Assembly (NCBI GenBank): GCA_944391055.1
Contig: CALXSF010000005.1
Coordinates: 28,922 to 92,921 of the forward strand
Length of the DNA stretch: 64,000 nt
Direction of reading: 5' to 3'
Source of the DNA: an uncultured Kiritimatiellota bacterium
GTDB lineage: Bacteria > Verrucomicrobiota > Kiritimatiellia > RFP12 > DVOR01
How positions within the stretch are numbered: the first letter of the stretch is position 1; every line of letters begins with the position of its first letter. Position numbers and translations under genes: made by a program. This document shows positions 46,246 through 57,098 of this stretch, one piece after another. The notes beneath the pieces were generated by a model that had not been told where the DNA came from, did not search any database, and saw only the letters and a program-made list of their open reading frames with translations.

Positions 46246-48744
46246 TCATTTGACGGTGAAGGGCGGGAGGTGCCAGATCTCCTCGGCGTATTCGCGGATG
46301 GTGCGGTCGCTGGAGAACTTGCCGGCGGAGGCGACGTTGAGGAGGGAGGCTTTGTTCCAGGCGGCGGTGTCGCGGTAGAGGGCCTCGACGCGGTCCTGGG
46401 CCTTGATGTAGTCGGGCAGGTCCTTGAGGAGCATGTAGTAGTCGTTGTAGTCGAGGAGGTTTTGGAGGAGGGGCTCGAAGACGCCGGGGGCCATGAGGGA
46501 GAAGACGTTGCGGCGGATCATGTCGAGCGCGCGCTTGATCTCGGGGTTGCTCTCGTAGATGGCGCGGGCGTTGTAGGTGGGGCGGAGCTTCTCGACCTCC
46601 TCGGTCTTGAGGCCGAAGATGACGATGTTGTCGGGGCCGACCTCCTGGGCGATCTCGACGTTGGCGCCGTCGAGGGTGCCGAGGGTGATGGCGCCGTTGA
46701 GCATGAGCTTCATGTTGCCGGTGCCGGAGGCCTCGGTGCCGGCGAGGGAGATCTGCTCGGAGACGTTGGCGGCGGGGATGATCTTCTCGGCGAGGGAGAC
46801 GCGGTAGTCGGGGAGGAAGGCGACGGCGAGGCGGCCCTTGACGAGGGGGTGGGTGTTGACGACGCCGGCGACGCCGTGGATGAGGCGGATGATGAGCTTG
46901 GCGACCCAGTAGCCGGGGGCGGCCTTGGCGCCGAAGACGAAGACGCGGGGGTGGATGTCGAGGTCGGGCCTCTCGATGAGGCGGTTGAAGAGGATGATGA
47001 TGTAGAGGACGAGGAGGAGCTGGCGCTTGTACTCGTGGAGGCGTTTGACCTGGACGTCGAAGATGGCGTCGGGCGAGACCTGGAAGCCGAGGGTGTTGAA
47101 GATGGTGTTGGCGAGGATCTCCTTGTTGGCGCGCTTGATCTCGGCGAAGCGCTCGAGGAAGGCCTTGTCGTCGGCCTTGGCCTTGAGCTTGGTGAGCTGG
47201 CCGAGGTCGGTGACCCAGCCTTCGCCGATGGTCTCGGTGATGAGGGCGGCGAGGCGGGGGTTGGCCTTGAGGAGCCAGCGGCGCTGGGTGATGCCGTTGG
47301 TCTTGTTGGAGAAGTGGGTGGGCATGATCTCGTAGAAGTCCCGGAAGATGGTCTTCTTGAGGATCTCGGTGTGGAGGGCGGCGACGCCGTTGACGGCGCT
47401 GGTGCCCACGAGGCAGAGGTTGGCCATGCGGACGGATTTGTCGCCGCCCTCGTCGATGAGGCTCATGCGGGCCAGGCGCGCGACGTCGCCGGGGTAGAGG
47501 GTGGCGACGTGCCGGAGGAAGCGGGCGTTGATCTCGTAGATGATCTGCATGTGGCGGGGGAGGACGCGCTCCATGAGGGGCACCGGCCACTTCTCGAGGG
47601 CCTCGGGGAGGACCGTGTGGTTGGTGTAGCCGGTGCAGGCGCGCACGTAGGTCCACGCGTCGTCCCACGCCAGCCCCTCCACGTCCACGAGGATGCGCAT
47701 GAGTTCGGGGATGACGAGGGTGGGGTGGGTGTCGTTGAGCTGGATGAAGACGTACTTGGGCAGGTGGCGCCACTCGTGGCCCTCCTCGCGGAAGCGGCGC
47801 AGGATGTCGTGCACGGAGGCGGCGACGAAGAGGTATTGCTGGCGCAGGCGCAGCTCCTTGCCCTGGGTGGTGCTGTCGTTGGGGTAGAGCACCTTGGTGA
47901 GGTTCTCGGCGAGGACCTTGGCCTCGACGGCCTCGACGTAGTCGCCGCGGTTGAACTCGTCCAGCGAGAACTCGTTGGTGGCCTTGGCGCTCCAGAGGCG
48001 GAGGGTGGAGACCGTCTTGCCCTGGTAACCGACGATGGGCAGGTCGTAGGGCACGGCCTGGACCTGCTGGGCGGGCACCCAGACCCACTCGTCGCGCCCG
48101 GTGCGCCCGGTGTAGTGCTCCACGTGCCCGCCGAAGCCGATGAGGCAGGCGTACTCGGGGCGCTGGATCTCCCACGGGTAGCCATACTTCAGCCAGTTGT
48201 CGGGCTCCTCGCGCTGCTCGCCGTTGACGATGCGCTGGCGGAAGATGCCGTAGTCATAGCGCAGGCCATAGCCGGTGGCCGGCAGGTTGAGCGTGGCGAG
48301 CGAGTCCATGAAGCAGGCGGCCAGGCGCCCGAGCCCGCCGTTGCCCAGCCCGGCGTCCATCTCGTAGTCGCGCAGGCGGTTCCAGTCCAGCCCCAGGGAG
48401 TCCATCGCCTCGCGGCACTGCTGCTCGAGCCCCAGGTTGATGACGTTGTTGCCCAGGAGGCGCCCGATGAGGAACTCAAGGGAAAGGTAATAGACGCGGC
48501 GGACCTTCGCGGCGCGGTAGGCGTCCTGCGTCGCCATCCAACGATCCACGATGCGGTCGCGCACGGCGTAGGCCAGGGCCTTGTAGCAATCGCGCTCCGT
48601 GGCGCGGTCGCCGCTTTTGGCCAGCGAGAAGCGCATGTTCCAGAGGAAATCCTGCGCCAGCCCCTCGGCCGTCAGCTCGGCGGAGGGATGGTTGCCGGGG
48701 AGGACGACCTTCTCGGCGTCCTTGGTCTTGGTGGGGGTGCTCAT
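46246..48744 (-). CDS. glgP: Alpha-glucan (glycogen/maltodextrin) phosphorylase
   Basis: 832 aa. [17 protein letters not shown] and the PLP-site region ([12 protein letters not shown]... and [16 protein letters not shown]) are hallmark GT35 phosphorylase motifs. Confidence 0.9.
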   Translation of the reverse strand: MSTPTKTKDAEKVVLPGNHPSAELTAEGLAQDFLWNMRFSLAKSGDRATERDCYKALAYAVRDRIVDRWMATQDAYRAAKVRRVYYLSLEFLIGRLLGNNVINLGLEQQCREAMDSLGLDWNRLRDYEMDAGLGNGGLGRLAACFMDSLATLNLPATGYGLRYDYGIFRQRIVNGEQREEPDNWLKYGYPWEIQRPEYACLIGFGGHVEHYTGRTGRDEWVWVPAQQVQAVPYDLPIVGYQGKTVSTLRLWSAKATNEFSLDEFNRGDYVEAVEAKVLAENLTKVLYPNDSTTQGKELRLRQQYLFVAASVHDILRRFREEGHEWRHLPKYVFIQLNDTHPTLVIPELMRILVDVEGLAWDDAWTYVRACTGYTNHTVLPEALEKWPVPLMERVLPRHMQIIYEINARFLRHVATLYPGDVARLARMSLIDEGGDKSVRMANLCLVGTSAVNGVAALHTEILKKTIFRDFYEIMPTHFSNKTNGITQRRWLLKANPRLAALITETIGEGWVTDLGQLTKLKAKADDKAFLERFAEIKRANKEILANTIFNTLGFQVSPDAIFDVQVKRLHEYKRQLLLVLYIIILFNRLIERPDLDIHPRVFVFGAKAAPGYWVAKLIIRLIHGVAGVVNTHPLVKGRLAVAFLPDYRVSLAEKIIPAANVSEQISLAGTEASGTGNMKLMLNGAITLGTLDGANVEIAQEVGPDNIVIFGLKTEEVEKLRPTYNARAIYESNPEIKRALDMIRRNVFSLMAPGVFEPLLQNLLDYNDYYMLLKDLPDYIKAQDRVEALYRDTAAWNKASLLNVASAGKFSSDRTIREYAEEIWHLPPFTVK

Positions 48745-48784
48745 GGGATGGCTCCTTGGGGGTGAGTGGGGTGGGGGGCGCCTC

Positions 48785-49111
48785 TCAGTGGCTGCCCTTG
48801 CCGTTGCGGGCCTCGTTGACGCGGAGGCGGCGGCCCATCACGGACTTGTCGTGCAGGGCCCGGATGGCGGCCTCGGCCTGCGCGCGGTAGCACATCTCCA
48901 CGAAGCCGAAGCCCTTGCTCTTGTGGGTGTGGCGGTTCTCGATGACGCGCGCGCGCCGCACCTCGCCATACTTGGCGAACGCGGCGCGCAGCTGCTCGTC
49001 GGTCATCTCGTAGCTCAGGTTGCCGACGTAGATCTCGATGCTTTCGCGGGGGCCGGTGGGGGCGGCCTTGCGGAGGCCAAGGCGGGTCAGCAGCGTGGAG
49101 AAAAAGCTCAT
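48785..49111 (-). CDS. RRM-domain RNA-binding protein
   Basis: RNP-2 (IYVGNL) and RNP-1 (KGFGFVEM) motifs. 108 aa. Start at MSFFST; the longer ORF-track N-terminus is unlikely. Confidence 0.7.
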   Translation of the reverse strand: MSFFSTLLTRLGLRKAAPTGPRESIEIYVGNLSYEMTDEQLRAAFAKYGEVRRARVIENRHTHKSKGFGFVEMCYRAQAEAAIRALHDKSVMGRRLRVNEARNGKGSH

Positions 49112-49285
49112 CTCATCTCTTTCGTTCGGGTTCCGGGCGCCCCGGCCCTCGCCGGGGCTGTCGACGTCTGCGCGGCGGGCGCGCACGTTTTGGGACAACG
49201 CCCCCAATGATACCAAAAACGCCCGCGCGGTGTATCACACCCGCGGGCGTCCCGATCCGCGCCGAGGCCTGGGCGCGGCGGCGCC

Positions 49286-51445
<2,160 letters not shown>

Positions 51446-51587
51446 GATCGGACTGCGCTCCTCGCTTTTTCCCTGCGCCGCGGCCGCTCGCCCACGGCGT
51501 GCTTGAAGGCTATAATTATACCAAAAGTAGCACATCGGCGGCCGCCCGTCAAGCGTTTTTTCGCGACCGCCCCGCCTTCCCCCAAAA

Positions 51588-51640
51588 ACGTGTTTGCGGG
51601 CCTCGTTTCCCGGATCGCGCCGCGTCTCCCCCCGAACCTC
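51588..51640. repeat. Isolated partial copy (core plus right flank) of the 110-bp repeat
   Basis: aacgtgtttgcgggcctcgtttcccggatcgcgccgcgtctccccccgaacc is identical to the core of the array units. Confidence 0.6.
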
Positions 51641-51810
51641 GCCGCACCCCGCCAAGACGGCAAGGCCCCGTCGCGGGATGATGGCGCGGCGGGGCAAAAC
51701 AATTTCCCCCCGTTGAAACGGCGCCTTGCGGCCCCGCCCGAGGGGATCAACACATTTATTATAGCAAAAGCCGGCCGATTGTGCCGTGTTTCGGATTGTG
51801 CGCGCCGCCG

Positions 51811-52172
51811 AACCCGCCCCGCCGCGCCGCGCGCCCCGTCCCCCGGCCAAACGTGTTTGCGGGCCTCGTTTCCCGGATCGCGCCGCGTCTCCCCCCGAAC
51901 CCCGCCGCGTCGCGACCCCGAACCCGCCCCGCCGCGCCGCGCGCCCCGTCCCCCGGCCAAACGTGTTTGCGGGCCTCGTTTCTTGGATCGCGCCGTGTCT
52001 CGCCCCGAACCCCGCCGCGCCCCGCCCCCGAACCCGCCCCGCCGCGCCGCGCGCCCCGTCCCCCGCCTAAATGTGTTTGCGGGCCTCGTTTCCCGGATCG
52101 CGCCGTGTCTCCCCCCGAACCCCGCCGCGCCCCGCCCCCGAACCCGCCCCGCCGCGCCGAACGGCTTCGGGA
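51811..52172. repeat. Tandem array of ~3.3 copies of a 110-bp non-coding repeat (~95% identity)
   Basis: Units start at about 51811, 51921 and 52031, with a partial unit from 52141. Each unit reads gaacccgccccgccgcgccgcgcgccccgtcccccggccaaacgtgtttgcgggcctcgtttcccggatcgcgccg(c/t)gtctc(c/g)ccccgaaccccgccgcg... There are no variable spacers, so it is not a CRISPR array. It lies between divergent rpoD (minus) and a secreted-protein gene (plus). Confidence 0.8.
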
Positions 52173-52212
52173 GGCTTGCGCAGGATGGCGGGCTTGTGCT
52201 ACGATAACCCCC

Positions 52213-53277
52213 ATGAAACGACATTGGAGTCTCTTTGCGCTTGGAGTGCTTCTCCTCGCCCCCTCGGCGTGGGCGGAGTTCGCGTACTCCGCTTATTTCT
52301 GCCGGGAGGCGCTGCTGGATGACGGCTCCACCCTTTCCTCGCTGCCGCTCGCTTATGCCGATGGCACGCCCGCGGCGGGGGAAACGCTGGCCTTCCTCTA
52401 CGTGGTGCCCGAGGCGGGCGTCGCGTTCACGGAGGAGGATTCGCCGCCCTTCACCTTTGCGTCCGATGGCACGGTGACGCTTGGGGAGGGGGCCGCGCGC
52501 GTCGTGTGGGCGGCCATGGGTGATGTGGAGTCGCCCAACCACGGCGTGGCCTTGGGGGCGGATGGGCTGCCCGCGTTGAACTATGTCAATGGGTTCGGTT
52601 TTTGCACCGCGAACTGGCCTGCCGAGGCGGGGGAGCCTCCGGCCACGGCCTATCTTTATGTAATCCATTTCGACACCCGCGCCGTCGACCCTGCCACGGG
52701 CGAGATGACGGTCGCCGCGCCCGTCGTTTCGGGGGACAAAGGGCCCGCCCCCCTCTCCGCGTGGGGCGCCACGCTCTGCGAGGTCTTTTCTTGGCCGACG
52801 ATGGGGCCCGGCGTGGCGGAGTATCTGAATCTGCCTTATGAGGGCGAGGGGAACGTCCGGCTGGCCGCCGCGGAGCAGCCCGTCGCGCCCATCACCGAGC
52901 TTGTCGTGGAGGGCGAGACGCTCACGGATCCCGACGCGATCGCGGCCGCACTTGCCCCCGCCGTCTCCGGTTTCGCCGCCGCGGAGGATGAGGAGGGCGA
53001 CCCGGTCTTCACGTTCAGTTTCGCTCCCGCGCGGGTGCCCGAGGCCACCACCTACACGCTTTGGACCTCCGACCGCTTGGACGGCGGGTGGATGACCTTC
53101 GACGCGCTCCTTCAACAAAAAGGGCTTGCCCAATCCGGCGGGGTGCGCTATACTAAGTGGCGTATTCAGAAGGAAGGGTCTGTGGCAATCCCGCGCCTTC
53201 CCGATGAGGACACGCGCTTTTACCGCCTTCGCGGCGACATCGACGTAGGAACGAACGAAAGCGTCAAAGGAGAATGA
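52213..53277 (+). CDS. Secreted hypothetical protein (354 aa)
   Basis: Signal peptide (MKRHWSLFALGVLLLAPSAWA). ATG at 52213 is 40 nt after the repeat array. No recognized domain. Upstream ORF-track residues are repeat-encoded. Confidence 0.5.
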   Translation: MKRHWSLFALGVLLLAPSAWAEFAYSAYFCREALLDDGSTLSSLPLAYADGTPAAGETLAFLYVVPEAGVAFTEEDSPPFTFASDGTVTLGEGAARVVWAAMGDVESPNHGVALGADGLPALNYVNGFGFCTANWPAEAGEPPATAYLYVIHFDTRAVDPATGEMTVAAPVVSGDKGPAPLSAWGATLCEVFSWPTMGPGVAEYLNLPYEGEGNVRLAAAEQPVAPITELVVEGETLTDPDAIAAALAPAVSGFAAAEDEEGDPVFTFSFAPARVPEATTYTLWTSDRLDGGWMTFDALLQQKGLAQSGGVRYTKWRIQKEGSVAIPRLPDEDTRFYRLRGDIDVGTNESVKGE

Positions 53278-53279
53278 CG

Positions 53280-54107
53280 ATGCGAAAAGTTATTGCAGTG
53301 TTTGCCGGGGTGGCCGTGGCCGGCCTCGCCCTCGCCGCCAACGTCACGACGGCCAATACCGCCGTGGTCGTCCGGAAGAACCCCGTGGAGAGCGCCGACG
53401 GCTGGCAGTTCCTCTGCGTCCCCGTCCGCGGCTTCGACATCACCGGCCAAGGGAAAGGGCTGGGCGTGCCGCTGAACGACGTGCTCCCCCCCGCCGATTT
53501 CCCCGAGGGAACGGAACTTCGGATTCAGGGCAACAGCACGGGCGCGTCCCTTGACGCCGAGGGTACGGCGGAACTTGCGCCGGACGGTGTTTACACCGTG
53601 GCGGAGTCTGGGGACGCTTGGCAGGTTTCGGAAGGCGGGACGGGTTCCGGAGAGGATTTGCTCAAGGCCGGTGCGTTTCTGTGGCTGAAGGTTGGGGGGA
53701 CGTCGGCTCCGAAGTTGCTGGGCGGTCTTTCGTTCGCCTTCGCCTCGAATACCGCCACCGAAACCCCTGTCACCACCTTCTGCGGGGAGCAGAACACCCT
53801 CGCCAAGGGGGAGACATTGGTTCCCGCCGAAACGGCGCCCGGCATGGTGGCCTACGGCAACGACACTGACACGGCGGTGGATGTTACTGCCGTTTGCGCC
53901 GAGCCGCAGGATGGCGACGAAATCCTGCGGATTAAAGACGGCGGCAAGGAATATCAATACTTGGAGTACATGAATAGCCGCGGACAATCTGGGTGGTATT
54001 ATTTCGGCACTAACGGGAAGGTGAAAATCCCCGAGACCCAGGGCGAATGGATTCGCACGATCGCCGCCGGCGAGGCGTTCTATTACTATCGTCGCCCGAC
54101 GGAGTGA
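53280..54107 (+). CDS. Secreted hypothetical protein (276 aa)
   Basis: AAGGAG RBS 8 nt upstream of ATG (MRKVIAVFAGVAVAGLALAANV...). A TATACT promoter-like element at 53161-53166 sits inside the end of the previous gene. Confidence 0.5.
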   Translation: MRKVIAVFAGVAVAGLALAANVTTANTAVVVRKNPVESADGWQFLCVPVRGFDITGQGKGLGVPLNDVLPPADFPEGTELRIQGNSTGASLDAEGTAELAPDGVYTVAESGDAWQVSEGGTGSGEDLLKAGAFLWLKVGGTSAPKLLGGLSFAFASNTATETPVTTFCGEQNTLAKGETLVPAETAPGMVAYGNDTDTAVDVTAVCAEPQDGDEILRIKDGGKEYQYLEYMNSRGQSGWYYFGTNGKVKIPETQGEWIRTIAAGEAFYYYRRPTE

Positions 54108-54147
54108 GCCATTATTTGGGAAAGTTTTCAGCAGCAAGGAGAAAGAG

Positions 54148-54789
54148 ATGAGAAAAGTTTTGTTTGCGTTGCTGGGTGTGGCGATTAGCGGGATGGTTTC
54201 TGCGATTACGTGTGAGTGGTCGTGGTCGTCCAATGGGAGTGCTTGGCAGTCCAATTCGGCTATTTACATGGTTTACTCGCAGGTCCAGTTGGATGCCGAT
54301 CAGGTGGTCAGTGCCGCCAATGTGTCTTATGGTTCTTCGGTAACGGGTGAGAAGAACAGCACGGGGGGAGCGTGGACGTCTCCGACTATGCCGGGATCCA
54401 ATACGATTGTGGTCAGCAGTCCGGCGACCAAGTCTAATACTGAGGCTGGGTCGATTCAGGGTAATGCAGGTTTCTCCGAGGGTAATTTCGTTTGGAACGA
54501 CAGTATGTTTGGGGAGGGCGGCGGTTACTTTTATTTGGTGATTTTCAACAGTACGAGCGCAGACACCGCCACGGAGTTTGCCGTCGCCCAAGCCGGGGAG
54601 AGCGGGCACTTGGTGAAAAATGGCAATGGAGTGGCCATTCCAAGGCCTGGTGAAGATCCTTTGCCAATCAACTACATCGACCCGGTTTGGATTGGCGGCA
54701 CGTTCCGTGATGCGGCGCCGGAGCCGACGGCGCTGGCGTTGCTGGCGCTGGGCGTGGCCGGGGCGGCGCTTCGCCGCCGCGTGCGCTGA
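54148..54789 (+). CDS. PEP-CTERM sorting-domain secreted protein (213 aa)
   Basis: RBS AAGGAGAAAGAG. Signal peptide MRKVLFALLGVAISGMVSA. C-terminal PEPTALALLALGVAGAALRRRVR is a PEP-CTERM anchor. Confidence 0.7.
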   Translation: MRKVLFALLGVAISGMVSAITCEWSWSSNGSAWQSNSAIYMVYSQVQLDADQVVSAANVSYGSSVTGEKNSTGGAWTSPTMPGSNTIVVSSPATKSNTEAGSIQGNAGFSEGNFVWNDSMFGEGGGYFYLVIFNSTSADTATEFAVAQAGESGHLVKNGNGVAIPRPGEDPLPINYIDPVWIGGTFRDAAPEPTALALLALGVAGAALRRRVR

Positions 54790-54828
54790 CCTTGCTTCCG
54801 CCAAGGGATGGCCGCCGGTTGGCGGCGT

Positions 54829-54866
54829 TGTGGGCGCCCGATTGGGCGCCCGCCTCTTTTTTGCCC
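54829..54866 (+). terminator. Rho-independent terminator after the PEP-CTERM gene
   Basis: gggcgcccgattgggcgccc (palindromic GC stem) followed by gcctctttttt. Confidence 0.55.
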
Positions 54867-54993
54867 GCCGGGCGTCGCGGGGGGAGGGCGTTTGGGCGGG
54901 GTGGGGATGGGGCCGCGCAGGGCGTCCTTCGCGTGGAGGCGCGCGTTCTGCTGTGCGGATTTGCTACATTGCGCGGCAAAAAGAGGAAACGCC

Positions 54994-55266
54994 ATGGTCA
55001 CCGCCAATCTCACCATTCGTCTGGATCCCTCGCTGAAGCAGGAGGCCGAGACGCTCTTCGCCAAGCTGGGGATGAACCTTTCCACCGCCGTCAACGTCTT
55101 CTTCCGGCAGTCGCTGGAATATGGCGGCATTCCCTTCGACATCCGCACCAAGCGCCCCAACAACGCCACCTTGGAGGCCCTCGCCGAGGCCCGCGCCCTC
55201 GCCCACGACCCGAACGCGAAGTTTGTCACCTCGGTCGAGGCGTTGATGGAGGACTTGGACAAATGA
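54994..55266 (+). CDS. dinJ: DinJ/RelB-family antitoxin
   Basis: MVTANLTIRLDPSLKQEAETLFAKLGMNLSTAVNVFFRQSLEYGGIPFDIR is a ribbon-helix-helix DinJ-type antitoxin. 90 aa. RBS AGAGGA upstream. Confidence 0.7.
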   Translation: MVTANLTIRLDPSLKQEAETLFAKLGMNLSTAVNVFFRQSLEYGGIPFDIRTKRPNNATLEALAEARALAHDPNAKFVTSVEALMEDLDK

Positions 55267-55420
55267 GGTATGCGATCATCGCGACCATGCGTTGGCCGGC
55301 GACTACGCGGGCTTCCGCGAATGCCACATCCAGCCCGATTGGCTGCTGATCTACGCCATCGACAACGGCGCGCTGATCCTGACCCTCTCGCGCACGGGCA
55401 CGCACAGCGACCTCTTCTGA
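55265..55420 (+). pseudogene. Truncated YafQ/RelE-like toxin remnant (C-terminal ~45 aa only, out of frame with the coupled ATG)
   Basis: Frame +3 encodes ...HALAGDYAGFRECHIQPDWLLIYAIDNGALILTLSRTGTHSDLF*. This matches the YafQ C-terminus (GYRxxHVxPDWxLIY...RTGTHxxLF). The ATG at 55263 overlapping the dinJ stop is in a different frame and gives a 28-aa nonsense peptide. The N-terminal half of the toxin is missing. Confidence 0.55.
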
Positions 55421-55477
55421 CCCCATCCTCGGAAGGGCCGTCGCCTTCGCGCCGTCGCCGCGCGGGGGCGTCCTTTT

Positions 55478-55496
55478 CTGTGGTATACTAGGGGCA
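55478..55496 (+). promoter_or_regulatory. Extended -10 promoter (TGTGGTATACT) immediately upstream of the dCMP deaminase ATG; possible leaderless mRNA
   Basis: tctgtggtatactaggggcATG. Only ~6 nt separate the -10 (55484-55489) from the ATG at 55496. Confidence 0.4.
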
Positions 55497-55984
55497 TGGA
55501 CAAAGAGGACATCGTGGACAAGCGGCCCGACTGGGACACGTATTTCATGGCGATCGCGAACGTGGTGGCGCTGCGCGCGAATTGTTCGCGTCGGAAGGTG
55601 GCCGCGGTGATCGTGGCCGACCGCCGGATCATCTCCACCGGCTACAACGGCACGCCCCGGGGCATCCGCAATTGCTTCGAGGGGGGGTGCCCGCGCTGCT
55701 CGGGGAACGTGCGCAGCGGGGCCTCGCTGGAGGAGTGCCTGTGCGTCCATGCCGAGCAGAACGCCATCTGCCAGGCGGCCTATTACGGGATCCGGCTGGC
55801 CGGCTCCACCATCTATGTGACGCTGACGCCGTGCCTGACCTGCGCGAAGATGATCGTCAACGCCGGGATCCGCGAGGTGGTCTATGCCGGGCAGTATGCC
55901 TTCGATGCGCAGACGCGCGCGCTCTTCGAGGAGGCCGGCGTGGTCTGCCGCCATTATGAGGGGGCCGCCGCCGATGGGCGCTGA
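55496..55984 (+). CDS. Deoxycytidylate (dCMP) deaminase, ComEB-type
   Basis: CMP/dCMP deaminase zinc motifs HAEQNAI and PCLTCAKMI. 162 aa. Housekeeping-type short form. Confidence 0.8.
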   Translation: MDKEDIVDKRPDWDTYFMAIANVVALRANCSRRKVAAVIVADRRIISTGYNGTPRGIRNCFEGGCPRCSGNVRSGASLEECLCVHAEQNAICQAAYYGIRLAGSTIYVTLTPCLTCAKMIVNAGIREVVYAGQYAFDAQTRALFEEAGVVCRHYEGAAADGR

Positions 55985-57098
55985 GCGCGGGCGTCTGTGG
56001 GCCTGCCTGTTGGCCGCGGCGCTGGCCCTGCCCGCCGCGGGGCAGGGGCTGGGGGCGCGGGCGCCGCGCCTGGCCGGCGCCATCGACGAGGCGGCCTTGG
56101 CGCGCTTCAAGGCCGCGCCGCCGCCGGTGCAGTCCGCCGACGGCGCAGTCTACGTGAGCTGCGCCGCCGCCGACCGGGCCACGCTGCGCTGGCCCGTGCT
56201 CCGCTTCGTCGACCGCGTGCGCGAGAACCTGGGCGAGGCGTTCCTGCCGCTGGGCTCGCGCGAGGCACCGCTCCTGGTGCAGCTGGGCGACGCGACGAAC
56301 CGGGTGGAGACGGTGGAGCGGCGGACGCTCGACGCGGGGGACGGCCTCACGCAGCTGGTCATCCGCGTGCCCAACCCCGAGACCGTGGATTTGGAGGCGC
56401 TGCGCGAGGCGGTGGCCGAGGCCTTCCTGCGCCAGGCCGCGCGCGACCGTGCGGGGGCGTATGGGGCGCTGTGCTGGCCGCGGTGGTTCGTCCGGGCGGC
56501 GGTGGACGCCTCGCGCGGGAACGTGTGGCGGGCGGAGGCCTACGAGGCCGTCCACGCCGCCCTCGAGGCGGGGGGGCTGCCCCCGCCGGACGCCTTTTTC
56601 GCCGCGGACGCCGCGCCGCCGCGCGAGGTGGCCGCCTTCTTCGCGCAGTGGGTCTTCGAGCGCGCGGGCCGGGAGGGGCGCGCGGCCCTGCTGGGCGCGC
56701 CGTGGGCGCGCGCGGCCATCCTCGGGGACGCCTCCGACGCGGAGTGGGCGGCGTGGGTGCGCGGCTTCGAGGACGCCATCTTCATGCCCGGCCTGATCAC
56801 CCGCGCCCAGTTCGCCCGTTGGCGCGAGGGGCTGACCGAGCCGAAGGACGCCGCCGACGCGCGCGCCATCACCGGGCGCCTCACCCTCCAGGCCGCCGGG
56901 CGCCCCCAGGTCTTCCGCGACCTCACCGAGCTTTACCTCCGCGCCTACGCCGCCTTCGCTACCGGCGACGCCGAGCGTTACCGCGCCCTGCGCGCGGAGG
57001 CCGACGAGGCGCGCGCCATCCTCGAGACCCATCTCAAGACCCGCCCCGTGCTGGCGGACGAACCCACCCCCGGAGCCCCCCATGAAGCCACCCGCTGA
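55974..57098 (+). CDS. Secreted hypothetical protein (Ala/Arg-rich, 374 aa)
   Basis: Signal peptide MGAERGRLWACLLAAALALPAAGQG at the second in-frame ATG. Overlaps the deaminase 3' end by ~11 nt. No domain recognized. Coding status is supported mainly by ORF length and the absence of competing ORFs. Confidence 0.45.
   Translation: MGAERGRLWACLLAAALALPAAGQGLGARAPRLAGAIDEAALARFKAAPPPVQSADGAVYVSCAAADRATLRWPVLRFVDRVRENLGEAFLPLGSREAPLLVQLGDATNRVETVERRTLDAGDGLTQLVIRVPNPETVDLEALREAVAEAFLRQAARDRAGAYGALCWPRWFVRAAVDASRGNVWRAEAYEAVHAALEAGGLPPPDAFFAADAAPPREVAAFFAQWVFERAGREGRAALLGAPWARAAILGDASDAEWAAWVRGFEDAIFMPGLITRAQFARWREGLTEPKDAADARAITGRLTLQAAGRPQVFRDLTELYLRAYAAFATGDAERYRALRAEADEARAILETHLKTRPVLADEPTPGAPHEATR

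Noticed and set aside
51811-52172. Possible CRISPR array (regularly spaced repeats in non-coding DNA)
   Set aside because: The 110-bp period consists of whole repeated units. The sequence between core motifs is itself repeated rather than unique spacer DNA. The period is far longer than CRISPR repeat+spacer units, and no cas genes are nearby. Treated as a tandem repeat.
55496-55984. dCMP/dCTP deaminase as an anti-phage nucleotide-depletion defence gene next to a toxin-antitoxin remnant
   Set aside because: The protein is the short housekeeping ComEB-type dCMP deaminase with no kinase or other defence-associated N-terminal domain. It sits among housekeeping genes (argH, nth). The adjacency to the dinJ/yafQ remnant is probably coincidental.
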